From positions 9,241,129-9,305,128 of the forward strand of contig CM082576.2 in assembly GCA_040954595.2 (NCBI GenBank): a DNA stretch of 64,000 nt. Direction: 5' to 3'. A program made the translations under genes and the position numbers. Within the stretch, counting starts at the first letter, position 1. Every line of letters begins with the position of its first letter. The stretch comes from Balanoglossus misakiensis. Taxonomy: Eukaryota; Animalia; Hemichordata. Under the pieces are notes generated by a model. It saw only the letters and a program-made list of their open reading frames with translations, made no database searches and was not told the origin of the DNA. Of the stretch, positions 28,801 through 43,200 are shown one piece after another.

Positions 28801-29215
28801 ATGGCGGGTAATGAGTGCATATTGAATCTGAGCGACCAATGTTGCAGAAACTGATAGCCGTGCATATTCTGCCCGTACATTAATTAAATTTGGGTAGTTT
28901 TCCATGCTGCAGTGAGTACATTCGACCAGACCCAATTACACACCTGAGTAAGCTGTACCTGAGAATACGTAGTCATCCGGTGGCAAAAAAAAAAAATGCA
29001 ACTCGGGGTAGAGCTAACTAACGTGCGCGGTAAATGCTACAAGTATGGCCCTTGTCTTGCCCTGGGCTGTGACTAATGATTGAACGTACTCTTCCTGACT
29101 GTAATTACCATTAGGTTCATTGGTTTTTGAATTTCATGCCAGAGGAAACGTTCCTCACGTTCTTCCACGTCTTCACACCTAGCACGTGGCAAACCTTGAG
29201 CCTGTCCGATGATGC

Positions 29216-29283
29216 GCACACACACACGCACACACTCATGCACACGCACACATGTACACACATGCACACACACATCACATACA
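29216..29283. repeat. Imperfect (CA)n microsatellite
   Basis: Seen directly in the sequence. Confidence 0.85.
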
Positions 29284-32200
29284 CCTTACCAACGGTGGGG
29301 CTTGAAAGAACTAAGGGGAAGGTCAAACTCTGTTGATCTCCTCTGATTACACTTTGACACACATTCCCTTCCCCAGAGCGTTTTCAATTCTGGCCTTTTA
29401 CGCAGTGAAGGGTTTTATCTCAGCAGCAAATACTCCAAAAAAAACAATCAAAATACTCCATCTAGCAGCACTAAAATCAACAGCTCTTGCAATCTTGGAC
29501 CAAAACCAGATATTTGTCATTAAAAACACAACAAAATCAAACATAAAAATAAATATGAAACCTGCAGAATACACACACAAATAAATCAAATTTTCACAGT
29601 TCAAAGTACTGGAGCCCAAGACATATGAATATTATTGACCCAAGTGCACACTTATGATTTACTTTCACATTATAAAAGGCTGATTAAATACAATACCCTC
29701 CATGTTGGCTTAATGTTAGATCTAATAAATGGGTTATGAATTATTATATCAAGAATTCAAATTGATTTCTCTCTCTAAAAATGGACCTACAACAACCCTG
29801 ACCTTAATAAACAAAATATGTACACAGTCATGGGATAAATATTTATAATATTGGGATAAATACAATCGCTTTGAAATATGGGAAATTGTATTTCATGTCT
29901 GGAGTGCGTGAATGATCTCATTGCCAAAACCACCACCACCACCAGCACAACTGTTGGCTGATTGTTTGAAGTTTTGAAGGACTGAAAAGCTTCCCATGTT
30001 ACAGTCAATGCCATCACAATAAAACCTGTTTGTATGCAGGTTTCACTTGCTGGCCCAGAGGTAAACGCTTTAAAAGTTTCTGTAACACATTCTTGCTTTG
30101 AACAGAATAATGGTGAACGCTTAGAATCACTGGAGGCAGACGTTAACACCGTTCAAAGTGACGAACGCATCACAGGGTGTTGAATTAATCCGACACCAAA
30201 ACACTGAGAAAAGATCGAGGGAGAGCTTGCCAGCAAATCTTTTAGAAGACTACAGCGACAATGATGCGTAGATTTTTTGCTCAGAGAGTGGACCGACCTT
30301 TCTAAAGCACGTACATGTATATGATGACTGCCGGCAATGCAATATTAACCCTGGCTTGGTTTTTTTTTCTTGTACAAGACGTTACAACGTCTGTAGGTCA
30401 AATTCAGCTGATTATCCTGGGTTCGCAGAAGCAAAGTCCCCATTAGTGGCAAGCAACAACCCTGCAGTGTATAGTCATTAATCCAAGCATAGCAACTCCA
30501 GAACAGCTGCCTTAGAAACTGCATGTGAAGGTATCTGGGCTAGTTATCAAGCAATTCAACCAACTTGTCAATCAGTCGATTCAATCTAATAAGCCTTTAT
30601 TTCTTACTTGTTCACTCAGATACTTCCTCATAATTGGTCTCGTTTGATGGGCAGGTTCCAAAATAAAGCTGATCACTGCATGCTTTGCTTGGCCCATTGT
30701 GGAAATATTCTTTTTTTGTATGCGAGTGTGATCAAGGTACATCAAGTGTGCGCGAAGCCACCATGCGTGGCGACGTACCGAATCTGTTTGTCCTTCTAAA
30801 AATTATAGAAACTCAAATTTTACGCATGCACCGTCCGTCCTATCAGCACAATTGGCGCAATTACGGCTGTATTTCCCCCGTTGGTTAAAGCCTAATGTAG
30901 TCCAATTTTCCTAGCAGATGAGGTGCCCGCAGACCTTGGGGGCCTTGTCGCGCACTATCGCAAGCACTGATCTAACACTGCCGGATTACAGAAATATGGA
31001 AGAAATTGGACTGCCTGTCTGTGTGTGTATCTGCAGGATTAAGATTCCCAATCACTGGCTGTCAAGATGGAATGAACAATCAAGTACTTAGGAAAGGATG
31101 TTCTGGGCTGACTCAGATTTTTATCTCTTTTTCGCTCGGAACATCAGTCAGAGAGTCTGCAGGCAAATTAATACTCATTCTCCGAAAATAAAAAAACAAC
31201 AACCTTAACCTACGACTGAACTTGAACTTTACATACAAGGCAACCACGAATTATACATACAACGCGTGACCGTGATACGACACTAAAGCTTGCATTAACT
31301 CTGCAACCGGACAAACTAACTAGAAATTTATTCAGTAAAGCGCTGAGGGTATCATGAAAGGCAGATGGATCTGACCCCCGCGACCTTCCAAATTAGTATT
31401 TAGCCTTACATTTCACTTCTCGGGGCATTCTCTGCATCGGTGCTAACTGGCTGGGAACGTCACTGAAATTATGATAAAGCTTTATTCAATTTTCCGAGAA
31501 CTCCCCTTGAAATCATTTCTGCATCGCGTCTCATAATTTCACAATTTGTATCAAATTGATCGGGCGCTGGGGTGGGCAAGTATGAAGGCTGAATCAGAGA
31601 TATTTATTTCTCATCTTCAATTATCCCCGGTTGAAAGGCTTTCCTTCACACACAACCACTGCCCTAACATTACTGCCGATGTGCAATCATGTCAAAATGC
31701 ATTGACAATTTTCCTATTAAGGCACAACCGATTTGCCTCGTCAGTTTTTTTTTTATCTCGCTCTGTCTCTCTCCACAAGTCAATAACTGTTTTACATCAG
31801 CATTCCTCAACAATGATGAACAATTAACAAACCATGCGCTAATGTCTATAATTGCATTAAACTTCCAATATAAACAGACGCCATTCACTTGGACTTCATA
31901 ATTACTCAATGTATGCCACTGATTTATGCAAAGCTCTGGTAATTTCTGCATGACCTAAGGGCTCGTTTGATTGTGCCTCTGAGAGTGGGCACTAATGAAA
32001 ACTGTGATGAAACAATGACATTTTTAATTGGTCCATACTGTCGCTAATGTATTGGGAATAAATTTTTTTGTACCTTGAGGCTACCTGAATATTTCTGAAG
32101 AGGCTTTTGCATGACAGCTGGAATGTGGAATCTTTGTTCTCAGAAACTAACCAAGGATATACTCATAATATCTGTTTATTCACCTGCCATATGCTGGCTA

Positions 32201-35200
32201 TAATAGAAATAAAAAATGATGGAAATATTGGGCGACAAATTTCAGATTTTATTGTCTCTGGGTTTCACTGATCAGCAATCCTCTTGTTACAACTGCATGT
32301 ACACATTCCCTCCTCAAAACCCAACGCCTCACCTGTGCGAGTACAGGACATAGGAGGGGAAATGCAGAAATTTAATTTGTCCTGTTTTCCAGAAAATTTA
32401 CCTAAAAAAAGACGTGCAGCAAAGCACACACCGTGGTAATGCAGTTTGAGGATGGCACGGACATAAATGTCAGTCTCGGTAAATAGAATGAAATTAGCGA
32501 AAATTGAGTTGATTGAGCAATTTCAGCAATTTGCCCATCCATGCTACCAAAGCTGATTGCATTAGCTGCTATTTGCAATCTGGCAGAATTTGCATTCAGC
32601 TATAAAGGCCAGCCACTGTCCGAAGTGCGCGACACAACCAGAATTTCAGGTGAATTATCGTCAAATGTTTGTAACGATCGTGGATTTTAAAATAAACCGC
32701 ACTGATATATACAAAATGCAGCCACGCCATTGAGAGAGCAGAAAAATACTGAAATAAAGCGTGTCTTGGAAAAAGCTATTATGTCCAATAGTTTGCAGTT
32801 TCCATGGGTAGTCAGAGATCTTATGAACTACATGAAAACGTTAAAAGCCTTTCTCAGCTCTTTTTTCGAATGTGTAAAAGGCCACGGTAATTGAATTAAG
32901 GATGTTTTGCTTCAAGATTAGTTGAGTCGAAGATTTGAGCAACAACACTGAAAGGAAAGGCTTCCTCGTGTCAAACACGCTGAACGTAAAACCCCAGCAT
33001 CTCATCAATAATTCAATTAATACTGCAAACAGAAGCCCTATTTGCATTCAGTTTTTACTTTCAATTTAATGAATAAGTTTGACCCTATCCCCTGCACCTA
33101 TTGATATTTCAGCTATTAAAATAAAATCTCCGTAACCTGACTGGTTGCTTTTAGGATATGACACCACAGGTTATCATTCCTGCGGGTTTTGATTGTGGTT
33201 TATCTTGATTATGTTAAGCTGCCTTTCATCTGCCGTTTCCAATTAAACCGAAAATTCAATTTTTTTTTTCACTCTCTCTTCTTCTTCTTTCGGCTTAACT
33301 TAATACTCGCAATGCTAGTATTTGGGCAGGGGCTGGGATTTAATCTCGGAGATTCATTGAGACCTGCGAATATTAAGTCTCACCCAGGGTAAACAAACAT
33401 TTCCGTTACCCGGCAGAAGGAACTCTTCAATCCGGCACAAAGTTGTGTTAGAAGTGTGTATAGTTTCGGATGCTTAGCTCTAACACAATGGGGGCGGGGG
33501 AGGCCAGTGACAAAAATAGTGCAATGCCTGTGACAACCTGCCACTGCTTCTCACTGCTAAGCCTATGGGAAAGTAATTCATTAATTATAACTGACAAATC
33601 TACGGACGCTCAAAAATAACACTGCGGAAAGAATGGATACACACTGCACAACAGCGAGTTGTTGATCTAAGACTTCTCAGAGTGTTATTTATAGCGAGAC
33701 AAAAATAGCAGACATGAAAGAAAATATTTAGGTTTTTCTGATCGTCGCAACCTTTTTTTTTCTTCCTCTCATCGGTCTTTACAATTAATTCAGCTCGTCT
33801 GCAACAAAAGTGCTACATGGGCACAATGGTTGCCTTTTCTGGGCATGTCTTTCACAAAAAAGGACTCACACACACAGGTGGATGTTGGGAACAGGCTTAT
33901 ATCTAGTCGCGGGCAATCAACTTTGAACCAAACCACAATGGCTGGAGAGAGAAAGACAAGCATAGTTACATACAAACATACGCACACAAAATTGAACCGT
34001 AATCGGAGGGGTTTCTAAGCAAAGCACGCAAGGGCGGAGAATCTGTAAAGGGGTGATAAAAGGATCAGGCTTTAGGGGAGGAATGGGGAGGGGTGCTAAT
34101 CCGAATGGAAGTTATTGATGGTCCCATTATGGGATGTTGGACGAGCCCCTGTGTGTTCTAAGACTTCGCCCTCCGGCAAGGATTCTAACACCCCCCCCCC
34201 TTTCTTAGTACTAAGAACACTGTAACAAATTCATTCCTTTCAGCCCAAACAGTTTAAAGCAATTAATCGCACTACTTGGCTTTGATACTTTTGTTGCCGA
34301 TACTTCATTAGTTGGCCGTATGTGCATTTTGAACACATGTCTCAGTGTCAACCTGGCTCCCACAAGATCTAGACTATCTGAGAGGGGTTGACAGAAAAAG
34401 CCAATCAGCATCTAGCACATCCTATGGAATTCCCATACAGAGGGAGACTTTGTATGAAACAGCTGAAAGCTGGATCGCCAGAAAAAAAGGACGTGTTGGT
34501 GTTGTTGATTTCCTCGGGGTCTGACAGACTTTATGCGACTGGGGGGACAAAAGCCTCATCCAACAGCAGCTGGACTGTACAACAAGAAAGGTGTCACTCA
34601 AACTGGCAAATCCGCTTCTCTGCTTGAGCAGAAAAGCAGAAAACTTTTTTTCTTCTTCTGCAAGCCTTGCATACTGATGGCTCATGGATGTACGAGACTC
34701 CAAAAAACGCTGATGGAGGCAACCGCTAAAGCACAAAGCAGTTTGCAAGTGAAAGACACCAACGGACAAAGGCCTCATCTCGCCGATCATTAAACCCTTA
34801 TTCCCCCAGCTAAAGCCCGCACTTGAGCAGTTTTAAGTGCATGAAACATAGGCTATCAATACGGGGCATCTAAGCTAATGCTCAATCATTTTCTTGTCAC
34901 TGGCAACTTTAAACAGCTGTATTTGCATATATCTACAAAACAAGAACGTTCCATCCGCATTCCCCTAAAAATGCACTTTCAAGTTTTTGCATGTTCTGCA
35001 ACTAAGTGTTTGGCGTATACAAGGTCAAGTAAGGCAGGTACTACACATCGGGCTCTTACCGACCGTGCTTTTTTATCACTTTACCCTTTGTGTGCGAGGA
35101 GATTCTATTAAACTCGAGTTTCTTCCTCTATCATGGCAGTGTGAAAATAAAAGCAGAGTGTAAGTGCGGCATTATGAGCGAGTGATACGGCCGTCTCGAT

Positions 35201-37086
35201 AGACCCTACACGTACAAATGAGGTGTATCAATATATTATGTACGACACAAGTATCGCAAGGGGGGAGATTTATTCTGCTGACATTGGGTACATTTCAGGC
35301 TCTTGAAAGGGGTTTCTCCACAACTACACGGATTTGCAAAACCGGAAAACGTACTGCATCCATCATGGGTTTTTTTTTCTGTCCGCACAACCAGTCAGTC
35401 ACCCCTTCCGAATGAACTGCTTGAGTTAATGTTTCGTGGCACGGGCAAAAAAGCAAGTCGGCGCTCGGCAAACTAATTCGTTCCAGGCCGGCCGCAAACA
35501 CGTTTTTGTTTTCTAAAGTGGTGTTCTGAATGCCGCTTTTGTCAAACGCTGGTCAGGCAATAATTCCTACAGATTGGGGCTGGGCTTTGTTCCCGGGTCT
35601 AATGCTGAAAGTTGTAACTAAATCTGATTTACTGAGATTTAAAACAGACTGAAAGTCAGCCATACAATGGTAATAGCCGTCTCCATTTTATGGAGGTTAC
35701 AAAATCCTTCTTTGACTCCGTGTTTGGAATTGTTCATTTTACCCAGTAAATCCCCCCCCCCTCTAATCTCACAAAACTCTTTGTTTCAGACTGGAAATGT
35801 CACAATTTACATTTTCATCTGTGCCTTCATGCTTCAGCTAGCGACACCATTTGCGTCCTAAGTAGATAATTTTTTATTCTTTTAATCAAAATCTCGATTC
35901 AGAAAGGTGCTGCCTTAAACCTCACATCTGACAAAGGCTATTGTTTTAACATGGAAATGGTGAGACTGGAATTCTAATCTGGGCACTTAAACGTGTCGTA
36001 GCACTGACCCGTTCTTTTCTCACGAGTTTGGAGGCATTTTTCTGCACCAAAGTCTGCCTGTCGAAATTCCTAAATTGAAAGAAATCCCTTGTTTGGAGTG
36101 CACATGAAACTAATTAGCAAACTTAACACGCAGACCCAATTTGCATGTCCTACATTTCACTGATGCTCACTCTCCGCTTTGATGAAAAAATCATTTCGGT
36201 GAAGTATGCCTTGTGCTTTTTGCCCTAATTACTGTTACAGACCTGCCGTGATACAATTTCATAAGTGGTCTGGAGTGGAGGTGGTAAAATATTTAAAGTT
36301 AAAAATGGAAAACTACAAATTTGACAATTTTGGGGAAAATGATACGAGTATTCATGCTAAAATTTCATGTACAAGTACTTTATTACAGGCTCCATGCAGA
36401 TATATTTTTTCATGTATACTGGAGTATTTTGAGTCATAAAAGAGGTTGTCTTTGTTAAAATTCCATATATATATATATTTTCATCATTTCTGTAAACGAG
36501 CCTCCCTGCTGGTTTTGTTAAAGAGATTAGAGTCCAATATATGTAATTAAATCTTTGGTAATATATGGTGCCAGTTATTAACTCTGTTTCGGTAACCATT
36601 TACAGATTAATTCTCATTTGGTAAATGAAATATTGGGACACACTCTGGTGAACATATTGTACGTGTTATGAAGAATTGACAAACCGTCTATCAGGCCAAG
36701 CTGGATTTATCTTGGGATTTAGTCGGGAATATTACGGCGTCATGGTTTTTACACTGTTACGGCTGCTTGAGGTATTATGTGTCCGTATTAAAGGGAGGAA
36801 AACATGATGAATTTCGCGCTGCTCGCTCAGGTAGGGGTTCCACTGACTGTAACTCGCAGTGCAAGAAATCTCACCGTTTCATTTACGTAACATATGAGGA
36901 AGAATTACATTTGTTGTCCGTAACATAACAACAGCTCAGCCAAGCAAATCGAGAGAATCTGCATGCGTCTGAAGAAAATACTTTTTCCTCCTCTCTCTGG
37001 CAGACAGAATTCCAGAGGCCAGACATCATGACTGATTAAACTCTTTGTCTCTCCTCCGCATTGTTCCTTGGCAAAAAGGCCCTTAC

Positions 37087-37270
37087 CTTTCCCATTCCGG
37101 GATTCTCTCTCCGGCCGCTTCTCAGCAGACATGGCGGTGCTCCCGGTGGGTTTTTCTGGATGATGTCGCTGAAGTTTGTCGGGAAGATCGGTGGCTCCGG
37201 ATTGGGAGGATCCGCTGGAAAAGTCTGTTTCTTTTTCTTCTTTGATGTCAAATTCAGTTTCTGTGCAGCC
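37087..37270 (-). CDS. KIF26: KIF26 pre-motor exon ([14 protein letters not shown]...[22 protein letters not shown]...GMGK)
   Basis: AG at 37272-37271, GT at 37086-37085. 184 bp, phase 2 to 0. Joins the upstream AASFFAR to give the KIF26 signature [14 protein letters not shown], and joins downstream to give GK|VKVMLR. Confidence 0.92.
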
Positions 37271-40200
37271 CTGTGAAAAGATAGAAAATAAACATATAAA
37301 CATAGGCATAAACAGATAAATAATAATACTGCAAATTGAACAAAACTTAAATCAGTAAGAATTTTTCTGACATCATCACAGAGAGGTGACCAGGTAAGGT
37401 CTCCAAGAAATGATCCACAGAAGATTACTTGCTTGAGTGGTTTCCCAAGTAAAACCTTTCCTTGGCATTTTCCCCCAGTTACAATCACATTTTCAATAAG
37501 AAACAATCCATACACAGCAAAGGAATCCAATTCTGTCTCAAACAGGGTTTAATTTTAGATGGAAATGAAATGAAATGTAATCAAAACTGAAACTGCGTAA
37601 CACGCTGTGGGGAAAAGATGACTCTGCATTCGATGCATTCGTTCAGTTTTTTTTTTCTTCTCTAAATTAAATCTGTCATCACTTTACAGCCATGGAAACC
37701 GAGTTATTCAGCGTTGGCAGGTGAGGCGCTTAAACGCCGTCTGAAGTGCTTGTAATGACGACATTCAAGAAATTGTTTCATCCATTTTGCATTTCATTCT
37801 CTCTTTTGAAGACACTAGGGCAAAAAAACAAATGATGTCGTCTCTGTGTCTCTGTCCATTTCCCCGGTTTACGGCGCGGGTGAAAGAAAGAAATGAAGAA
37901 CCCTCGCTGAGCAAATAAGTTCTCCCGCTCTCTGAATGGAAAAGCCATGCATGTATGATGAAGCCGACACCGATAGGTGGCTAATAGGGAAAAGCAGATG
38001 TGTCGATGAGAAAGCCACACTGTCAATCACCTGGCACGGAAACTGGAAACTTTCGCCGAGAAGGAAGCGCTCTTTCCCCGCGTTGCGTTTTGAGAAATGC
38101 ACAAAGCAAACAGACACTGAGACGCCACACAGCTTATTTGTTCTCAGAAAAGTGGCACGACATCCTATGGGGGCCCTTGTTATTCTCTCATTAGAATTAA
38201 CATGCAATTTCCTCTGACCTCATCCAGATTGAGATTGGAGGGGATCAGGGCGCGAGATGCGAAATGGCATCATCTAGGCTTTCTGTTTGTTTGAGGCCGT
38301 GTCAGCTGGGCTTAAACTTGGTGCTACACGCATACACTGGTTGATGCTCCGTTCGGTGAAGGAAAAATAAATTGCTACAGAAAAGCAGCTATCAAAATTA
38401 CAGCAAAGACCAGACTTGATAGTGGGTATTCCCCTGAAACCAGGTGAATGTGAAACGGGATACTGTACACAACAAAAAAACCCACACACACACACACGCA
38501 CACACAGACAAACATCTATTGTGATGTGCAAAGTCAAAAAACATACTGTGCAAATCTGACAAGTGGCTGATCGGTATTCCGGTCACAACAGTGAACCAGG
38601 TGAGCAGACAAGTGCACAAATGATTTTGTGTATTTTAGGACACTTCACAGGTTTACTGTTTCCAGTATTATCCCCGCTCCCAATGCTGCTCTGGGCGCGA
38701 CACTGTTTTTAGTGGTCTACAAATAGTAAAGCCTTTTCTGTTGAAGAATTAAGAGCGTGTATACACCCAGAGTCCTTGTATACCGTACATAACTCTTTAT
38801 TGATTTATACGCATGCTGCTATAATCTTCCGGGATGAAGTCTTTAAGCGACGGTAATTGGACAGGTATTTAATCTAGATCAAGGTGCCTACCCAACTGTT
38901 GTGGTTGGTTGCGGGCAATGTTTTCTTTCACCCTGTTCATTTTTTTTCCTCTCTCGCTTCTTTCTGAATGAAATCCGCGCAGGTAAACAGGAACACGACA
39001 CACAAAGCTTTGGATTTGGGGTTTAGAATGAAGCCGTGTAACGGGCACAGTTCCAACAACGTGTGCTCTATTTTTTTTTATATAAATATAAATGACGTGA
39101 CGTGGACAGGACTCGGTGAGTGACAGTTGCTGAAACACTCTTTTCAGGTGCACAAAAAAACATCACCTAGTTTACTGCCTGCGGAACTCGCTCGGCACAA
39201 TATACATAAATAGGAAAAATATTTGGTCTATACACTGATCAACACTGTGAGAGGTGCCAATCACTAGCAGGATGACAAAAGAGGGCCCTAGGTGGTCTTA
39301 GTCAGATAGAGCAATGGGTTGGCAAGAACCAAGGTCTCAGTACCGGTGGTAAGACAAAAAACCCACGGAGAAAAACACGATGCCCATGCAACTCTCTAGA
39401 TCACCACTACACCATATACAGGAAGTGTCTATTGACAGGCCAATTCCATAGTCAGGTTGCACAGGCATACCGCAGCATCAATGTAAACAAGGTTCACCTA
39501 CTTGTAGTAAACAAACTCTTTTCACCGGCAACATTTTTACAGATTGACAAAACAATAAAACAAATCACTATCGATGCATTGTAACAATATACAGCCACTG
39601 GATTCCTATATGAATGTGATATCCGATTTGTGTGGTCTGTGTATATACTTTTAAAAACAATATACACTTCAAAACCCGCAAAAAAGGATTCAGGAAGAAG
39701 GTGAAAGTTACCACACCTGGAGGGGGGCTGATTCGATATCATGGTCTCTCTCCCGGCAAACCTGTTGGGCTTGTTAGTAACGCCACGTTCCCCAGTTGCT
39801 GTTACAAGTGAGGGTGTGATGTTTTCACTCTTACAGCTAAGGCCTGCAGTCGACTTAACATGAGTGGCGGGGGCCGAACTGAACTAACGTCCATCCAGTC
39901 GTCGATCCCACGCAACAAAGCAGACTGTGTGTGGCGTGTAATGGGGTTTTGTTGTTCCCATACAAAAAAAGTGGGCCCACATTGTAGTGGACTGGTAGGA
40001 TCCCCACCGATAACAAACCGATTAACAATGCTCTGTCATTCACGAGTCAAATTGGGAGGGGGAGGAGGCTTTCATTAGCCCCGATGACAATTGGCTAATC
40101 GGTGTCCGCTTAGAACAATTAAATGAAACAGAAAAAAAAGCTGGCAGCAATCACGAAATCTAACCATCATTCAGAACTCCCCCCTTTTTTTTATCCGAAT

Positions 40201-43200
40201 ATTTCCAAACTACACAGCCTAGTTTTCTTCGGCGCTCCTTCAGTCGTCTGCAAGGATGGTGTGTATTCAATCAAGTAGAATAAAACTCTTCAGTTTTTAT
40301 CAGGCACCCTCTCCGCAGTTAGCAGACACTCAGTCTGCAGCCAAATCAAGGAGTTTGTTTTTGGGTTAACAAGATGAATGATGCACGGCATAGTGCGCTG
40401 ATTTCGTTCATTAGCTCGTATTTAATATACTCGCTCGGCAGACACCGTGAACAGATCGCGCCGCTCTCCGAGACACTGACGGTCCCTCAGTACCGAATCA
40501 AAATAAAGTCGTCCTACCAGAGATACAAGTGAGATTAAAGAGTGCGAGTAAACTGAAGCGACAATCCATCATTATGAAATAAAAGCCCGTTGTCCTTATA
40601 TACGCAGAGGTCAAGTGAAATGACTTGATTTCTCAATAGAGGGTCAAGTGAACGGACTTGATTCCTCAACTCAACAGAGGGGGATGCGGTACCCATGCAC
40701 TCATTGACTCCACTGTGTGCAAGGCAACTATCTGATTGTGTAGTGCAAGCATTCAACAGATCTCAAAAACAAGTTGTCGACGACGGACTACAAGAATGTA
40801 ACTGACAGCTTTTAATGTACCAATTCCATCTTCTTGTTACGGCGGTATTGTGAGTGCGTCTCTCCAGAGACGCACGGTGGTAAATTACATTTCACTTCTG
40901 TAAATTTTTTAAAGTAATTTCTTTGAGCGGACTGATGGCTTTGGTGAGCTGCACTTTGGAATTGACACTTGATGTACCTGTTAGGGTCGGGTGTGGGGAG
41001 AAAAAAAAGTGCATCCCGGAGTATTCCCCGGAGACGGATGGGGAGAGATGCCATGGAAAAAAATATCATCACCTGCTCTATTTTGGCCCAGGAGACCAAC
41101 AGAGTGCATAGCCCACTAACTCCGGCTGGTAATTTGTTTGTTTGAAGGCCGGGCGATCCAGTTGTGACGTGCAGTTTCCATGATGCGACGTGTCATGTGC
41201 TCCGCACGACCAGACAGTTTACAGTAAAAGTATTGCCAGTTATATGGTGAGCAACGTGCGTGTCAACACCCAGGGCAAATGAACAAAAACAATATGCTGG
41301 CAACCCCCACCCCCTTTTTAAGTATATATTAGGGTTCTCTTCATTGACAGGCCAGTGAGAAAATAGAGGTGCAAAACATGACGGTGCTGTCAATCAAACC
41401 GACTGAAAGGCTCCCCCCAAAGTAGCCATTCACACCGTCGTGTTGCCTGTTGAGTACCGGTGAAATAGACGCGGCCACCTTTTGTTGGTGTTTGAAGAAG
41501 AAAATTCTAAACAAAACAATGCACAATCAGCAAACTGGGTTAAGGGCCGAAGTCACGCTGTGTCTGAAGTACACCAGGTTGCGGGATGAGTGAAGGCTCC
41601 AGTGACTGCTATGGTTACAATTTACGTACCCTTTGATCATGGTTCATCCAACTTTGCTATTCATCCAGTCCGTCGAAGAAAAAGAAAAAAAATTGTTTAT
41701 CCACTTCATCCAGGCTAGCTCCAAAACGAGGACATCTCAGGTGTTCAACTCTGGACTAATCCGTGGGACTTTGGTGTGTGTACGGAAACATTGATGCACT
41801 GTATCACACTCACTATCACTATAAATATGACAAAGTCTGTGATCAATGGCAGCCCCCCTCGACCAATCAGAGGACAGCACTGCCGGCAGCTACTTTGCAA
41901 TACCTCATTTGAGCTCCCAGAACGATACTGTGTCGTCAGTCAACACATCACGGCATAATGATACCCTTGGTGATTATACACTCTAAAAAGGCCAATCCAG
42001 AAATAAACAGCCCGCAAATAGGAAAATCAAATATCTGTTTATTTTCTTCCCCTACTACAAAAGTACATTAGGGGAATGTGCGTAATTGTCAGTGCCCACT
42101 GATTGGCTATTGATTCAGGCTGCCACCAAAGCTTAAATTGACAGCTATTTTGCTAATGAATGAATAATCTAGTTAATGGGCGAAGAGAAAAAAACCTGAG
42201 TGAAGTGGGAGGAAATTGGGATTGATTTTCGAGTGAAAAAACAATACAGGATGAGGAATCGCCCGTGCTCATAGCTCCAGTTCAGTATTTGCCTTCGCTC
42301 AGCACCAGTATAGTGTAAACATGGTAAGGGTTTTAATTGCTCTCCACCATTTTTTTTCTTGGGCAAATATTATCGTAATTTGCCCACAGAAAAGACAATA
42401 GCCTGTGACAGAGTTACCTCACACCAGGAATGCAAAACTGAATTGAGCAGTTGTTGAGAAGAATAAAGCAAACAGTCCGGCAAACAACTTCACCATACTT
42501 GAAAGTGAATCTCTTGACACCTAATCACCTAACAAATCATTTGTGATGTTTTCCAAAAACAATGCCCTTCCATTTGCATTTTGATGAAAGCAAGCCACTT
42601 GAAGTGTCAATCTGTTGCTCTGGTCGAACAAAGCAGATATTGACACAGTGATCATTAACATACTTTTCTCTCAAACCCAAGTTTCCATGCAAACTTTTTT
42701 AAGATACAGTAACGCAAACACTGCCTCCACTGAAATCCATCTCCAGTGAGCCCTATCATCTCTGATGATGCGTTGTCGTAAAAACGTACACCTACTGAGG
42801 GCGCTCTAACCGCGATGAAACGTGGGCCGTAACAAACAATAGTAAGAAACAACATACAGGTGCCAATTTTAAGAGTGTTTCTGAATAAAGTTGGTACAAT
42901 GGTCTTCTGAAAGAGGTATCTTCTTGTGAGCATAGCTCGTGTTCAGTACATTTAATACTGTATGGAAGATCAAGGGCGGGACAGCCTGTGAAATTAGGCC
43001 ACAAATGTTCCCAGAGGTCCTTTTAACAGACAAGATTTACTGTACATGGAAATCACACAATTATTGTAGTGTAAAGATTGATAATTCTCCTTCCTACACA
43101 ATTTTCCTGCCGTGCAGTGCCTCGATAATGAGGTCAGCGCAGAGGCAAAATAGTAGGATGATGATTCTGAAGTGATCAGTGCTTTGGGGGGGGGGGGGGT

